From: a virus
Lineage: Duplodnaviria > Caudoviricetes
Strand: one strand, 5' to 3'
IMG/VR virus record: IMGVR_UViG_3300021963_000627
Coordinates: 1-24,546 of that record
Length of the DNA: 24,546 nucleotides
Shown here: one piece after another, positions 15,565-23,103 of the stretch
Numbering within the stretch: the stretch's first letter is position 1
Layout: every line of letters starts with the position of its first letter
Position numbers and translations under genes: made by a program
The notes under the pieces: model-generated
What the model was told of the DNA's origin: nothing
The model's input: the letters and a program-made list of their open reading frames with translations, nothing else
The model's database searches: none

Positions 15565-16961
15565 CACACAACGCCCCTGATCGACCTGCGGAGCGGCTTG
15601 CCGGAAACCCACATTGATACCCGGCCACCGACCATCGCAGCATTCCCCGCAAACGTGAGACACAGGGCGTCAGCCAAGTCAGGCGAACGCTGCCCGCGTT
15701 TTCTCATGCTGTCCTTACTTTCTACCACAAGTTTACCTGAACTCGTAAAATTGTATCTCGGAGCCACCAGTTCCATGCGAAGCAGTTCGTCCTTCGGCAG
15801 CTTTACTGCCCTCGTCGCCAGCCAGTCCTTCGCAGCCAGCCACAGTTCATCACGCAGCTTGTTGGCGTTCGGGTTCATGGCCGAACTCTCAGCCACGTTC
15901 ACATCCTTCACGTTGAACCCCTGCTCCCGCAGGCGATCCGCAACACCCGATCCCAGACCAATCGTGTCAACACAGATTTCCACTGGCCTGTCCAACTTGG
16001 CCTCATTCACAACCATGCCGACCGTCTGCATCAGATCAAGTCCGCCCCACGACCTGATCTCCTCGACAACAGGGCCACGCCGTTTGCATAAGGCCGTCCT
16101 GTCCGTTCCAAACCGCGCAACGTCGAGGCCGTAGATCATCGGCTCATCGTCGCCAACGGTCACATCTCGATCTATCGCAGCATCCACCAGTTCAGCCGCG
16201 ATCAGCGTGTCATCATCCGCAATGGCAAACTCGCCGAGAACACGGATGCGGTATGCATTGCTGTCCTCGCCATAGGTCGCCGCGATCTGACGAACGAAGT
16301 CCTCCGTCACCAGCGGGTTGCCGATGCACGACACATGCAGCCGGAACCAGTCAGACGCCAGCTGATGATGCGTCTTGTAAAACAGCCCACTGTTGCGCGT
16401 CGGGTTGGAGATCAGGATCGTGGTAGCCGAATGGCCTGACATCGAGCCAGCGGCAGCCTCGAACACCGCCTCCGGGACTGCGCTGGCCTCATCGACAACG
16501 AGGAGAACGTGTTCAGAGTGAACACCGGCCAATGCCTCCGGGCGTTCTGCGGAGCTTGTTCTGGCGCTGATGAAACTGCTTTCAGGTGCCGCCTTGAACG
16601 CAACTTTATCCGAAAACACCTCAAAGCTGTCACGCAGGATCGGAGGCAGCTTGTTGATCCATGCCTTCAGTTCAGCGAACAGTGCATCAAACAGCTGGGC
16701 TGCCGTGGGAGCCGTGACCACAGCCTTCTGCGGATACCGCGTGACCATGTGCCAGATGAGAGCCCATGAACACGCCGTGGACTTGCCGACGCCGTGGCCC
16801 GCTCTCACCGTGATCCGACGCTCACCACGAGCCACTGCTTCCAGAAACTGACGCTGCCAAGATGACGGGTTCGCCCCAAGGACATCGACGACAAAGCCAA
16901 CAGGGTCGCCGCCGTAGGCCGTCACGAAGTCGAGGAATTGTTCCTTGGGCTGGACTGTCAT
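15564..16961 (-). CDS. terL: Terminase large subunit
   Basis: Walker A RAGHGVGKS, Walker B LLVVDEAS, coupling motif ISNPTR, and RNase H-like nuclease motifs GLDVARFGTD and SPDLADAL. Confidence 0.95.
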   Translation of the reverse strand: MTVQPKEQFLDFVTAYGGDPVGFVVDVLGANPSSWQRQFLEAVARGERRITVRAGHGVGKSTACSWALIWHMVTRYPQKAVVTAPTAAQLFDALFAELKAWINKLPPILRDSFEVFSDKVAFKAAPESSFISARTSSAERPEALAGVHSEHVLLVVDEASAVPEAVFEAAAGSMSGHSATTILISNPTRNSGLFYKTHHQLASDWFRLHVSCIGNPLVTEDFVRQIAATYGEDSNAYRIRVLGEFAIADDDTLIAAELVDAAIDRDVTVGDDEPMIYGLDVARFGTDRTALCKRRGPVVEEIRSWGGLDLMQTVGMVVNEAKLDRPVEICVDTIGLGSGVADRLREQGFNVKDVNVAESSAMNPNANKLRDELWLAAKDWLATRAVKLPKDELLRMELVAPRYNFTSSGKLVVESKDSMRKRGQRSPDLADALCLTFAGNAAMVGGRVSMWVSGKPLRRSIRGVV

Positions 16962-17008
16962 CGGTCAAACTTTATAATTTTGAGGACAGGGTGCTGCCGC
17001 AGCAGCCG

Positions 17009-17037
17009 CCCCCGGGGGGAGGGGGTGCCGGGGGGGG
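17009..17037. other. C/G homopolymer cluster between terS and terL (candidate packaging or regulatory site)
   Basis: C5-G6-A-G5-TGCC-G8 inside a 166-bp non-coding gap, beside a TGCTG-CCG-CAGCA mini-hairpin and an AT-rich AAACTTTATAATTTT stretch. Confidence 0.4.
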
Positions 17038-17127
17038 TCTATAGCCAAGTCACAGGCATCCAAGGCGACATAGGCAACCGTTACGCAGGCGTTCCTATTG
17101 CAGCCAAGCTCGTTCGCATAAGGTGCA

Positions 17128-17577
17128 TTATGGAACATCATCAGGTTCGCCTATCACATCTGCATCAATGATCGTTGGCACCAATTGATTAGGGGTCACA
17201 TCTTTTGCATCGTCGCCAGCTGCCACCTGCTGCTGGCGCTGCTTGGCGCGCTCGTTCAGTTCAACCAAGGCAGCAAGGTGCGCCTGCGCCGTGTCTGTCA
17301 CTGACAGATCGACCTTCTGGCGCACTTTGCCCAGCGTCCTGTCGAGGATTTCCTTTGTGGCCCCCAGCTCGACTGCCGGGTTTCCACAGGTCATCAAGCG
17401 CTCAAGGTTGGCAATGGCTTGCGGTGTCATCTTGTCGAGGCGAGCCATCATCATCGCCTGCCGCTTCGGGATGCCCGGATACGGGCTGAGATGGCCGCCC
17501 TTTACCCGTCCCTTCTCATCCCTGATAACTGGAACAGGTTCCAACACCCGGATTGATCCATCTTTTGCATCAGTCAT
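17128..17577 (-). CDS. Probable terminase small subunit
   Basis: 149 aa, the gene immediately upstream of terL. RDEKGRVKGG..SP.PG.PK N-terminal motif, helical core and EILDRTLGK..QKVDL, resembling DUF5681-type TerS proteins. Confidence 0.6.
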   Translation of the reverse strand: MTDAKDGSIRVLEPVPVIRDEKGRVKGGHLSPYPGIPKRQAMMMARLDKMTPQAIANLERLMTCGNPAVELGATKEILDRTLGKVRQKVDLSVTDTAQAHLAALVELNERAKQRQQQVAAGDDAKDVTPNQLVPTIIDADVIGEPDDVP

Positions 17578-17615
17578 CTAGGTTTTTATTCCTCATCGCC
17601 ACAAAGGCCACTGTG

Positions 17616-17644
17616 AGCATCGTATAGCCGCGTCTCTTTGTCAA
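17616..17644 (-). promoter_or_regulatory. Candidate promoter for the packaging/late operon
   Basis: Perfect TTGACA (17644-17639), 17-nt spacer, weak -10 GATGCT (17621-17616), upstream of the GAGGA RBS of the putative terS. Confidence 0.35.
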
Positions 17645-18204
17645 AAAGGTATTTCGTCTCCACCCTTCGGAATGCGGCCAGCGGCCAGCGTAGCCCCGGG
17701 AAACACCTGTTTAACTGCCGACACTGCTGCCCCGGCTTCCGTTGTCTCCATGAGCCTGATGACCTCCTCGAACGAGACAACGATGTGATCCGTGAACCTG
17801 CGCGCCAAAGCTGAACCTTCGCTTGCCCGGGCGACGAAGCAGTATTTGCGCTTGCCGTCCTCGCTAGACTGGAACCAGACGTTGCCCGCATCCTCTGGCC
17901 GATGGCCTGCATCCCGGGCAGCCTTGTCCAATGCTTCCCATCCCTTTGCCAGTGACGCTGACTTCTGTGCGGCCAGCTTCGGGTCGCCCCGGCTGATAGC
18001 CTCATCCAACTGCCGCTGCGCCATCGCAAACTTGGCAGCCAGTTCTGGCGGGACCAACCGCTCCAGCCTGCCGATGCCCCAGCGTCCTTCGATCCGCAGC
18101 GCAGCCTCGTCAGCGAACTGAACAGCGGCTCTCCATGCGGCCTCCGTATCGCTCGCCACAGGATTGACGAGCGCATCTGCCATCGCGGTTCTAACCTTGG
18201 TCAT
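17641..18204 (-). CDS. Conserved hypothetical phage protein ending in DEIPF
   Basis: 187 aa with E.RWGIGRL..LV..ELA.KF and VK..FPGA motifs; strong GAGGA RBS; SSB-like C-terminal tip. Confidence 0.7.
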   Translation of the reverse strand: MTKVRTAMADALVNPVASDTEAAWRAAVQFADEAALRIEGRWGIGRLERLVPPELAAKFAMAQRQLDEAISRGDPKLAAQKSASLAKGWEALDKAARDAGHRPEDAGNVWFQSSEDGKRKYCFVARASEGSALARRFTDHIVVSFEEVIRLMETTEAGAAVSAVKQVFPGATLAAGRIPKGGDEIPF

Positions 18205-18236
18205 GTCCTCATTTTCCTCATCTAAACCTGCGCCTT

Positions 18237-18460
18237 AGACACTGGATAGTAGTTTCCAGAATGACTATTGCGATGCGTAAGTGTGTATTGCCATATACTC
18301 TTGATAGCGACCACCCTGAGACATAGTGTCCGTGAATGTAGTATATTCAGTATATTATATAAATCGTCTGAGACAGCTCTATTATTATCCACTATCCAGA
18401 CACGTTTCATTTTCTCCCCTGATGTCTCGGACACCCAGCTATCCAGCCACCACTATCTAA
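18237..18460. repeat. Short-repeat, AT-rich intergenic region (candidate replication origin)
   Basis: CTATCCAG occurs three times (18392, 18439, inverted at 18242). TTATCCACT at 18385. About seven (A/G)GACA units in both orientations. AT-rich core at 18339-18363 with AGTATATT twice. Confidence 0.5.
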
Positions 18461-18511
18461 AGTCACGCTCAATTAAAGCACGCCCATATGCGATACACGT
18501 AAAAGCCATCC

Positions 18512-18564
18512 CACTTGATTAAGTGATATAAATGCTTAAAGTGATTACGCCAAAAAAGCAGGAG
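18512..18564 (+). promoter_or_regulatory. Putative promoter, operator-like palindrome and RBS for 18571..18813
   Basis: TTGATT (18515-20), 16-nt spacer, TAAAGT (18537-42). The imperfect palindrome CACTTGATTAAGTG (18512-25) overlaps the -35. GGAG at 18561-64. Confidence 0.45.
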
Positions 18565-18570
18565 TAACAG

Positions 18571-18813
18571 ATGAAATTCAAAATAGATAGGAAACCTCCA
18601 CCGAAGTCTGGAAAAGGAATACAACGGTGGAATGACTACCCGTTTGAGCAAATGGAAGTTGGCGACCATACTGCCATTGATCGCTCTGTTTCCATCCTCA
18701 CGATCAGCAGCCTTCGGGCGATGCTATCTCAGTACTCCATTAAATCTGGTAAGAAGTTCATAACCAGAATGGACAAAGACACCGGCCTGCTCCACGTCTG
18801 GCGCATCGCTTAA
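18571..18813 (+). CDS. Small basic phage protein (YPF..MEVGD...VWR family), possibly DNA-binding
   Basis: 80 aa with YPFEQMEVGD and KKFITR..VWRI motifs; good RBS; convergent with the VapE-like gene across a 3-nt gap. Confidence 0.7.
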   Translation: MKFKIDRKPPPKSGKGIQRWNDYPFEQMEVGDHTAIDRSVSILTISSLRAMLSQYSIKSGKKFITRMDKDTGLLHVWRIA

Positions 18814-18816
18814 TCC

Positions 18817-20283
18817 TCAGAACAAATCCTTCTCCATGTTCAACTCAGGCTCTAACTCAGCCTGAGTTTTTTCTTGCGCGGCCACCTGCGCTGCCTGCGC
18901 CATCTGCTTCCTTGGCACATACTTGCTCTGTCCAGCCCATGATCCAGTGGCGAACTTGCCAGCCCTGACCCATCCGTTTTGCATCAGGATGGACACGATC
19001 CGATTGCTCATGGCTCGGTCGCGTCGGCCTGTTTCGATGAGCATGTCGGCCAGTATTTCTGGGACGCAGACCTCTGCCTTGTTAGCGACCTTCTCCAGCA
19101 CGCTGGCTTGCCACGGGTCTTCCAGCAGCCTGTCCTTCTGCTCCTGCTGTGCGATCTTCTCCACGGCCTCAGAGAGCCACCATGTAGCCCCGGCACGATA
19201 GGCGACCACTGCTTCGCCCCACAGCTGGTCACGATCTCTAGCCAGCGCAACCGTGTCTACTTTGTCGATGGCGACAGGCCAGAACCTTCGGTTGCCGGTG
19301 TCGTCTCGCAGGTAGTCTGTGCGGTTCGTGGACCCGATGAACACGCACTGTCTAGGATAAGTTACTTCATTGCGACCGTATGCAGGACGGAAACGCTCCT
19401 CAGTGCGGCTGATGAACGCCTTCACGATCTCCACTTCAGCCTTTGATACGTTCGCCAACTCGGCCAACTCAATGATCCAGCGGCCTCTGACGTAGCTTGA
19501 GGCTTCGCGGGTGTGCATTGGAGGCAGGTTGTCCCCGAAGAACTCGGCACCCGCCAGCACCTTCGCAGCCGTGCTTTTCCCGGCCCCTTGGACGCCCTCT
19601 AGGATCAGAACCCCGTCAGCCTTGCACCCGGGCTCCATGACGCGCGCAATGGCGCTAATGAGCCACTTGGCAGCCACCTCCTGCACATACTGCTGCTCCA
19701 GCGGATCACCCGGCTGCACGCCGCAATAGGTCTCCAGCCAGCTGCTCATTCTGGGTTTGCCGTCCCAGTTTGAGGCAGCGGCATCGAGGTAGTCGCGGAT
19801 CGGGTTGAACCTGTATTCAAGGATCACCTCGTCTATGGCGTCGGCCACGACGGATTTATAGGCACGCGGAAACCTGTTCCGATTGAACCATGCGGTCGCG
19901 GTTAAGATGTCGCTATCAGCCAGTTCACGGACGTGAAAATGCTTCTTTGGCGTCCTTGACCCCGGGATCGGCGACAGGACCATCTTGCGGCCAGTGAACT
20001 CGTTGAACGCAAACACCCCATCCCACTCGGGACAGGCGCGCAGCGTGTGCGCCACGTTGTACTGGTTGAACAAGGCGTGGCCTTTGGCGTCACGGATCAG
20101 CCCCTTCTCCCATGCGTCGGCCAGCACGACAGCCTTCTCTGACCCGTCCTCCTCTGTGGACCAGACGGCCTCGCCGCCATCCTTACCGTCGACCTTCTTG
20201 GCCTCGATGAGCTTGGTCGCCTGCTCCAGCAGCTGATCTGTGCTGTCCTCATCGAACCAGTCGTCCAGCGTCCCGCCGCTCAT
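18817..20283 (-). CDS. VapE-like (virulence-associated protein E family) P-loop helicase / replication protein
   Basis: FNPIRDYL..WDGKPR, ARVMEPGCKAD.VLILEGVQGAGKST (Walker A), WIIELAEL (Walker B), FRPAYGR..PRQCVFIGSTN..YLRDDTGNRRFWPV. ATG 20283 overlaps the upstream stop (ATGA). Confidence 0.9.
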   Translation of the reverse strand: MSGGTLDDWFDEDSTDQLLEQATKLIEAKKVDGKDGGEAVWSTEEDGSEKAVVLADAWEKGLIRDAKGHALFNQYNVAHTLRACPEWDGVFAFNEFTGRKMVLSPIPGSRTPKKHFHVRELADSDILTATAWFNRNRFPRAYKSVVADAIDEVILEYRFNPIRDYLDAAASNWDGKPRMSSWLETYCGVQPGDPLEQQYVQEVAAKWLISAIARVMEPGCKADGVLILEGVQGAGKSTAAKVLAGAEFFGDNLPPMHTREASSYVRGRWIIELAELANVSKAEVEIVKAFISRTEERFRPAYGRNEVTYPRQCVFIGSTNRTDYLRDDTGNRRFWPVAIDKVDTVALARDRDQLWGEAVVAYRAGATWWLSEAVEKIAQQEQKDRLLEDPWQASVLEKVANKAEVCVPEILADMLIETGRRDRAMSNRIVSILMQNGWVRAGKFATGSWAGQSKYVPRKQMAQAAQVAAQEKTQAELEPELNMEKDLF

Positions 20284-20603
20284 TGCTCCCACCATTCCTT
20301 GTCTTCTGCGCTGCGCTTGGCGGCGGTCTTCTGGGCAGCCTCGACCACCTTGGTCGCCCCGGCATCCTCAACCCGCTCCGCAATGATCTCGGCCAGCTCG
20401 TCGTTGGCTGCCTTCAGGTACGCCTTGGCCTTCTTGATCGCGTGGACCATGCCGGTCAGGTCAGCCCCGTATCCGTAGTCTCGGGCGATCCCGGCATACA
20501 GCTGGACACGCTCAAGATATTCATCGAAGGCGTCGAACAGTGCTTCTTGGCGATTTTGGCTGAACATGGAGGCCGTGTTATTCTGTTGCTTGTCGCTCGG
20601 CAT
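20280..20603 (-). CDS. Hypothetical protein translationally coupled to the VapE-like gene
   Basis: 107 aa, helical, with a GAGGAG RBS and an ATGA overlap with the downstream gene; no motif recognised. Confidence 0.65.
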   Translation of the reverse strand: MPSDKQQNNTASMFSQNRQEALFDAFDEYLERVQLYAGIARDYGYGADLTGMVHAIKKAKAYLKAANDELAEIIAERVEDAGATKVVEAAQKTAAKRSAEDKEWWEQ

Positions 20604-20650
20604 GTCTCCTCATCCCGTGCTTGAGTGCGACATTGGTCCCCCCGACCATT

Positions 20651-20691
20651 GACCCCGGCAGTTTCCCAGATCACTGCCGGGGTCTTTCTTT
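20651..20691. terminator. 12-bp perfect hairpin downstream of the SSB gene
   Basis: GACCCCGGCAGT (20651-62) / ACTGCCGGGGTC (20673-84) with a 10-nt loop. The T-tract (TTTCTTT) follows the stem only on the plus strand. Confidence 0.55.
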
Positions 20692-20694
20692 AGA

Positions 20695-21279
20695 TCACTT
20701 GAACACGTCCTCATCGTCATCCGTGCCACCGAGCGACACGGAGCCGAAGTCCTCGGCCTCCACGTTGCCCCAGTCGATCCCAGCACCTGCCAGCACGTCA
20801 CCCTTCTTCGTAATCCAGAGATCATTCAGACCGGCAGCCACGCCACGGTTCCCAGCCGCGTCGTACCCATAGAAGTTGACGCCGACGCAGCCGTAATACC
20901 CGTTGATCAGATGATCTGCGGTTGCGGGCGACTTCGCCTTGCCGACGACAGGGCGGATCAACTTCTTGTTCGACGCGCTGAGATAGAAGCAGCCTTCGAA
21001 CTCGCCGCCCTTCATCCGCTCACCGCTCTCCTCGTCAATCTCGTCGCCATCGCGCAACGGGTTACGCAGACCCTTCGGAGGCTTCTCGCCAAACTTCTTA
21101 ACGATGGCCGCTTTGATTGCAGCTTTGATGGCGTCGATGTTTTCCTTGTCATCCTTGCGGATAAGCATCGTCAGGCTGTACTTCGGCTCCGCGCCTTCAG
21201 CGGCAGCACGCGGCTCAAGTATGTGCATGTAGGTCAGGCGAACATTGCGGATGACCATGCGTGTGTTTGCGTTTTCCAT
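20695..21279 (-). CDS. Phage single-stranded DNA-binding protein (DUF2815 family)
   Basis: Motifs NVRLTYMHILEP, PKYS..LI.K, NPLRDGD, YLSASNK and FYGYDAAGNRGVAAGLN; acidic C-terminal tail DDDEDVFK. Confidence 0.85.
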   Translation of the reverse strand: MENANTRMVIRNVRLTYMHILEPRAAAEGAEPKYSLTMLIRKDDKENIDAIKAAIKAAIVKKFGEKPPKGLRNPLRDGDEIDEESGERMKGGEFEGCFYLSASNKKLIRPVVGKAKSPATADHLINGYYGCVGVNFYGYDAAGNRGVAAGLNDLWITKKGDVLAGAGIDWGNVEAEDFGSVSLGGTDDDEDVFK

Positions 21280-21330
21280 GTTTTCCTCGTTTTCACGTTT
21301 ACAGGGTTTGCCGTCCCCCCGACGGCTAGG

Positions 21331-22122
21331 TTAGAAGTCCTCTGCTTCTACAACGACGCCATCCATCTCATTGATGTTTGGGATCGAGAGAACAGTGGAC
21401 CTCGACGGATACGCAGGCCACTCGCCAGAAGCAAGGCAGCGTGCGTAAACTAATGCAAGACGATCCATCGCAGCATGACCAGCCGACAAGGCATTGCGGT
21501 CCAACTGGTAGCAAGCCACTGCATATGGTGGCGATGTCTCGACAGCGATGAACGTGAAGCTGTGCATAACTCCATCGACATGCGACACTCCGTCGATGTA
21601 GTGAGCGGCTTGCAGATGGTAGTTGAGGCTTCGCACGCGTCTAGCGAACCCTTCTGGCGATGCGTCGATGGTTGTCTTCACGTCAATGATGCCTGCTGGA
21701 CCAACGGCATCGACGCCAGCCTTGCAGGCGACCTTTGGCGTGTAGCCCTGCCACTGGTAGTTCTTCTCGCATGATGCACCATCGAGCAGTTCTTTTGCCT
21801 GCTCATGGTTAAGAACGACATCACGGACGCGCATGGCTCTGTCGGCATCCTGCTGGCTAACAATAGGAAGTCCGAGCTTCTGTAGGCCTTCGCGTTCTGC
21901 CTTGCCTTCCTTCGTTGTCCAGTTCAGCTGCTTGATGGACACCACGTCATAGATGCTGCGATGTGGCTCTAGGATCAGCGCATGAACCAGTGTGCCGAAA
22001 ACCATTGCGGCAGTGGGCTCTTTTGGATTGTCCTTCCAGTAGCGATAGTGTGCAGGTGAGCGAAGGAGTTCCTTTGCGCCAGAGGCGGACAACGCCTCAA
22101 GGCTGAAGTAATCGTTTTGCAT
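21331..22122 (-). CDS. PD-(D/E)XK exonuclease, RecE / exonuclease VIII-like (DUF3799)
   Basis: Motifs LSASGAKELLRSPAHY, AMVFGTLVHALILEP, CKAGVD..IIDVKTT, YHLQAAHY, FTFIAVE..PYAV and WPAYP. Confidence 0.88.
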   Translation of the reverse strand: MQNDYFSLEALSASGAKELLRSPAHYRYWKDNPKEPTAAMVFGTLVHALILEPHRSIYDVVSIKQLNWTTKEGKAEREGLQKLGLPIVSQQDADRAMRVRDVVLNHEQAKELLDGASCEKNYQWQGYTPKVACKAGVDAVGPAGIIDVKTTIDASPEGFARRVRSLNYHLQAAHYIDGVSHVDGVMHSFTFIAVETSPPYAVACYQLDRNALSAGHAAMDRLALVYARCLASGEWPAYPSRSTVLSIPNINEMDGVVVEAEDF

Positions 22123-22146
22123 ATGTCCCTCATCCAGATTGTATGC

Positions 22147-22383
22147 TTAGTTTTCGTGTTCCCAGTGGCATGGTGTGTGGTGTTCATATTCCTCAATAGT
22201 GTGCATCACGGTATCAACGATTTCTTTCATCACGTTAATGGCGTCCAACTGTGATTTCACAGAGCAAATAATCACACTTCCCAAAGCCACAGTCATCGCC
22301 TCAAGCGCATCTCTCGGCCCATGCGGTTCGAGGATTTCCATGATCTCGTATGCAAGTTTATTCAACTTCTCGTCGCTGCTCAT
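22147..22383 (-). CDS. Hypothetical protein
   Basis: 78 aa, helical, AAGGA RBS, in operon register with its neighbours. Confidence 0.6.
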   Translation of the reverse strand: MSSDEKLNKLAYEIMEILEPHGPRDALEAMTVALGSVIICSVKSQLDAINVMKEIVDTVMHTIEEYEHHTPCHWEHEN

Positions 22384-22385
22384 AT

Positions 22386-22628
22386 CTACATCCTTATTTT
22401 TTCTTCTTGGAACGACGCATCAATGCCAGCATGTAGCTTTTTCGTCACCCAATCGGCCAGCCAAACAGCCGCTTCCTTGTCTTTAGAGACATCTACTATT
22501 TCGTACATCAGCATCGCACCTAACGCCGAAACTATATATTTGCGATCCTGCCCAACCAGCGCATCAGATATTTTCTGTGCGATCTTTTCTACCTTTTCCT
22601 TGTCGTAAACTTCCGTCTTCTGCCCCAT
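22386..22628 (-). CDS. Hypothetical protein
   Basis: 80 aa, GAGGAG RBS, in operon register; similar size and helical pattern to the downstream ORF. Confidence 0.6.
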   Translation of the reverse strand: MGQKTEVYDKEKVEKIAQKISDALVGQDRKYIVSALGAMLMYEIVDVSKDKEAAVWLADWVTKKLHAGIDASFQEEKIRM

Positions 22629-22638
22629 TTCTCTCTCC

Positions 22639-23103
22639 TCATCTCGTCGCAGCCCACCACGCCATCAGCGCGGCATCTGCTCTCCCGTCGTCCTTCTTGC
22701 GGGCGAACAGGTGAGCATATGCAGGGAACAGTTCGGCGGCGCGCTGCCTATTCCCATCCTTCCCAGATCGTGCGTTGACCGCCTTCTGCCATCCCTGCGG
22801 TGTGATGTAGGTGACAGGCACTTGCAAGGCAGCCAGCGCGCCCTCGTACATACCGACGCCGCGTCCAAACTGGAACATCGAAGACACGCCTTGCCCGGGC
22901 ATCGCGCCGACTAGTTCCAGTATGGCGATCTTTGGCTCCCGGGCTCTGATGATCGCGCTCATCATCTGCGGGCTGATCTCTGTCTTCGTCTTAGTTCCCC
23001 GTTTCACCTGCACCACAGGCGTGTCGATGATCTCCAACGTCCCGGCCTCTGGGTTGTAGAAAGCCAGCGCGCCAGAGGCTCCCGGGTCAATGGCGAGGAT
23101 CAT
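22639..23103 (-). CDS. RuvC-like Holliday junction resolvase
   Basis: True start is ATG 23103 (MILAIDPGASGALA), with an ATGA overlap. Motifs AILELVGAMPGQGVSSMFQFGRGVG, TPQGWQK and DDGRADAALMA supply the RNase H-fold acidic residues. Confidence 0.88.
   Translation of the reverse strand: MILAIDPGASGALAFYNPEAGTLEIIDTPVVQVKRGTKTKTEISPQMMSAIIRAREPKIAILELVGAMPGQGVSSMFQFGRGVGMYEGALAALQVPVTYITPQGWQKAVNARSGKDGNRQRAAELFPAYAHLFARKKDDGRADAALMAWWAATR

Noticed and set aside
15208-16134. 308-aa plus-strand ORF, and similar ones at 6077..6847, 10726..11493 and 7732..8316
   Set aside because: They lie antisense to terL, the ART-like gene, MCP, portal or scaffold, and their Arg/Ser-rich composition is typical of non-coding frames.
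18222-18669. Short ORFs 18222..18434 (-), 18268..18522 (+) and 18469..18669 (-)
   Set aside because: They have no recognisable motifs and atypical composition, and they overlap the repeat/promoter region or the better-supported 18571..18813 gene. 18222..18434 cannot be fully excluded.
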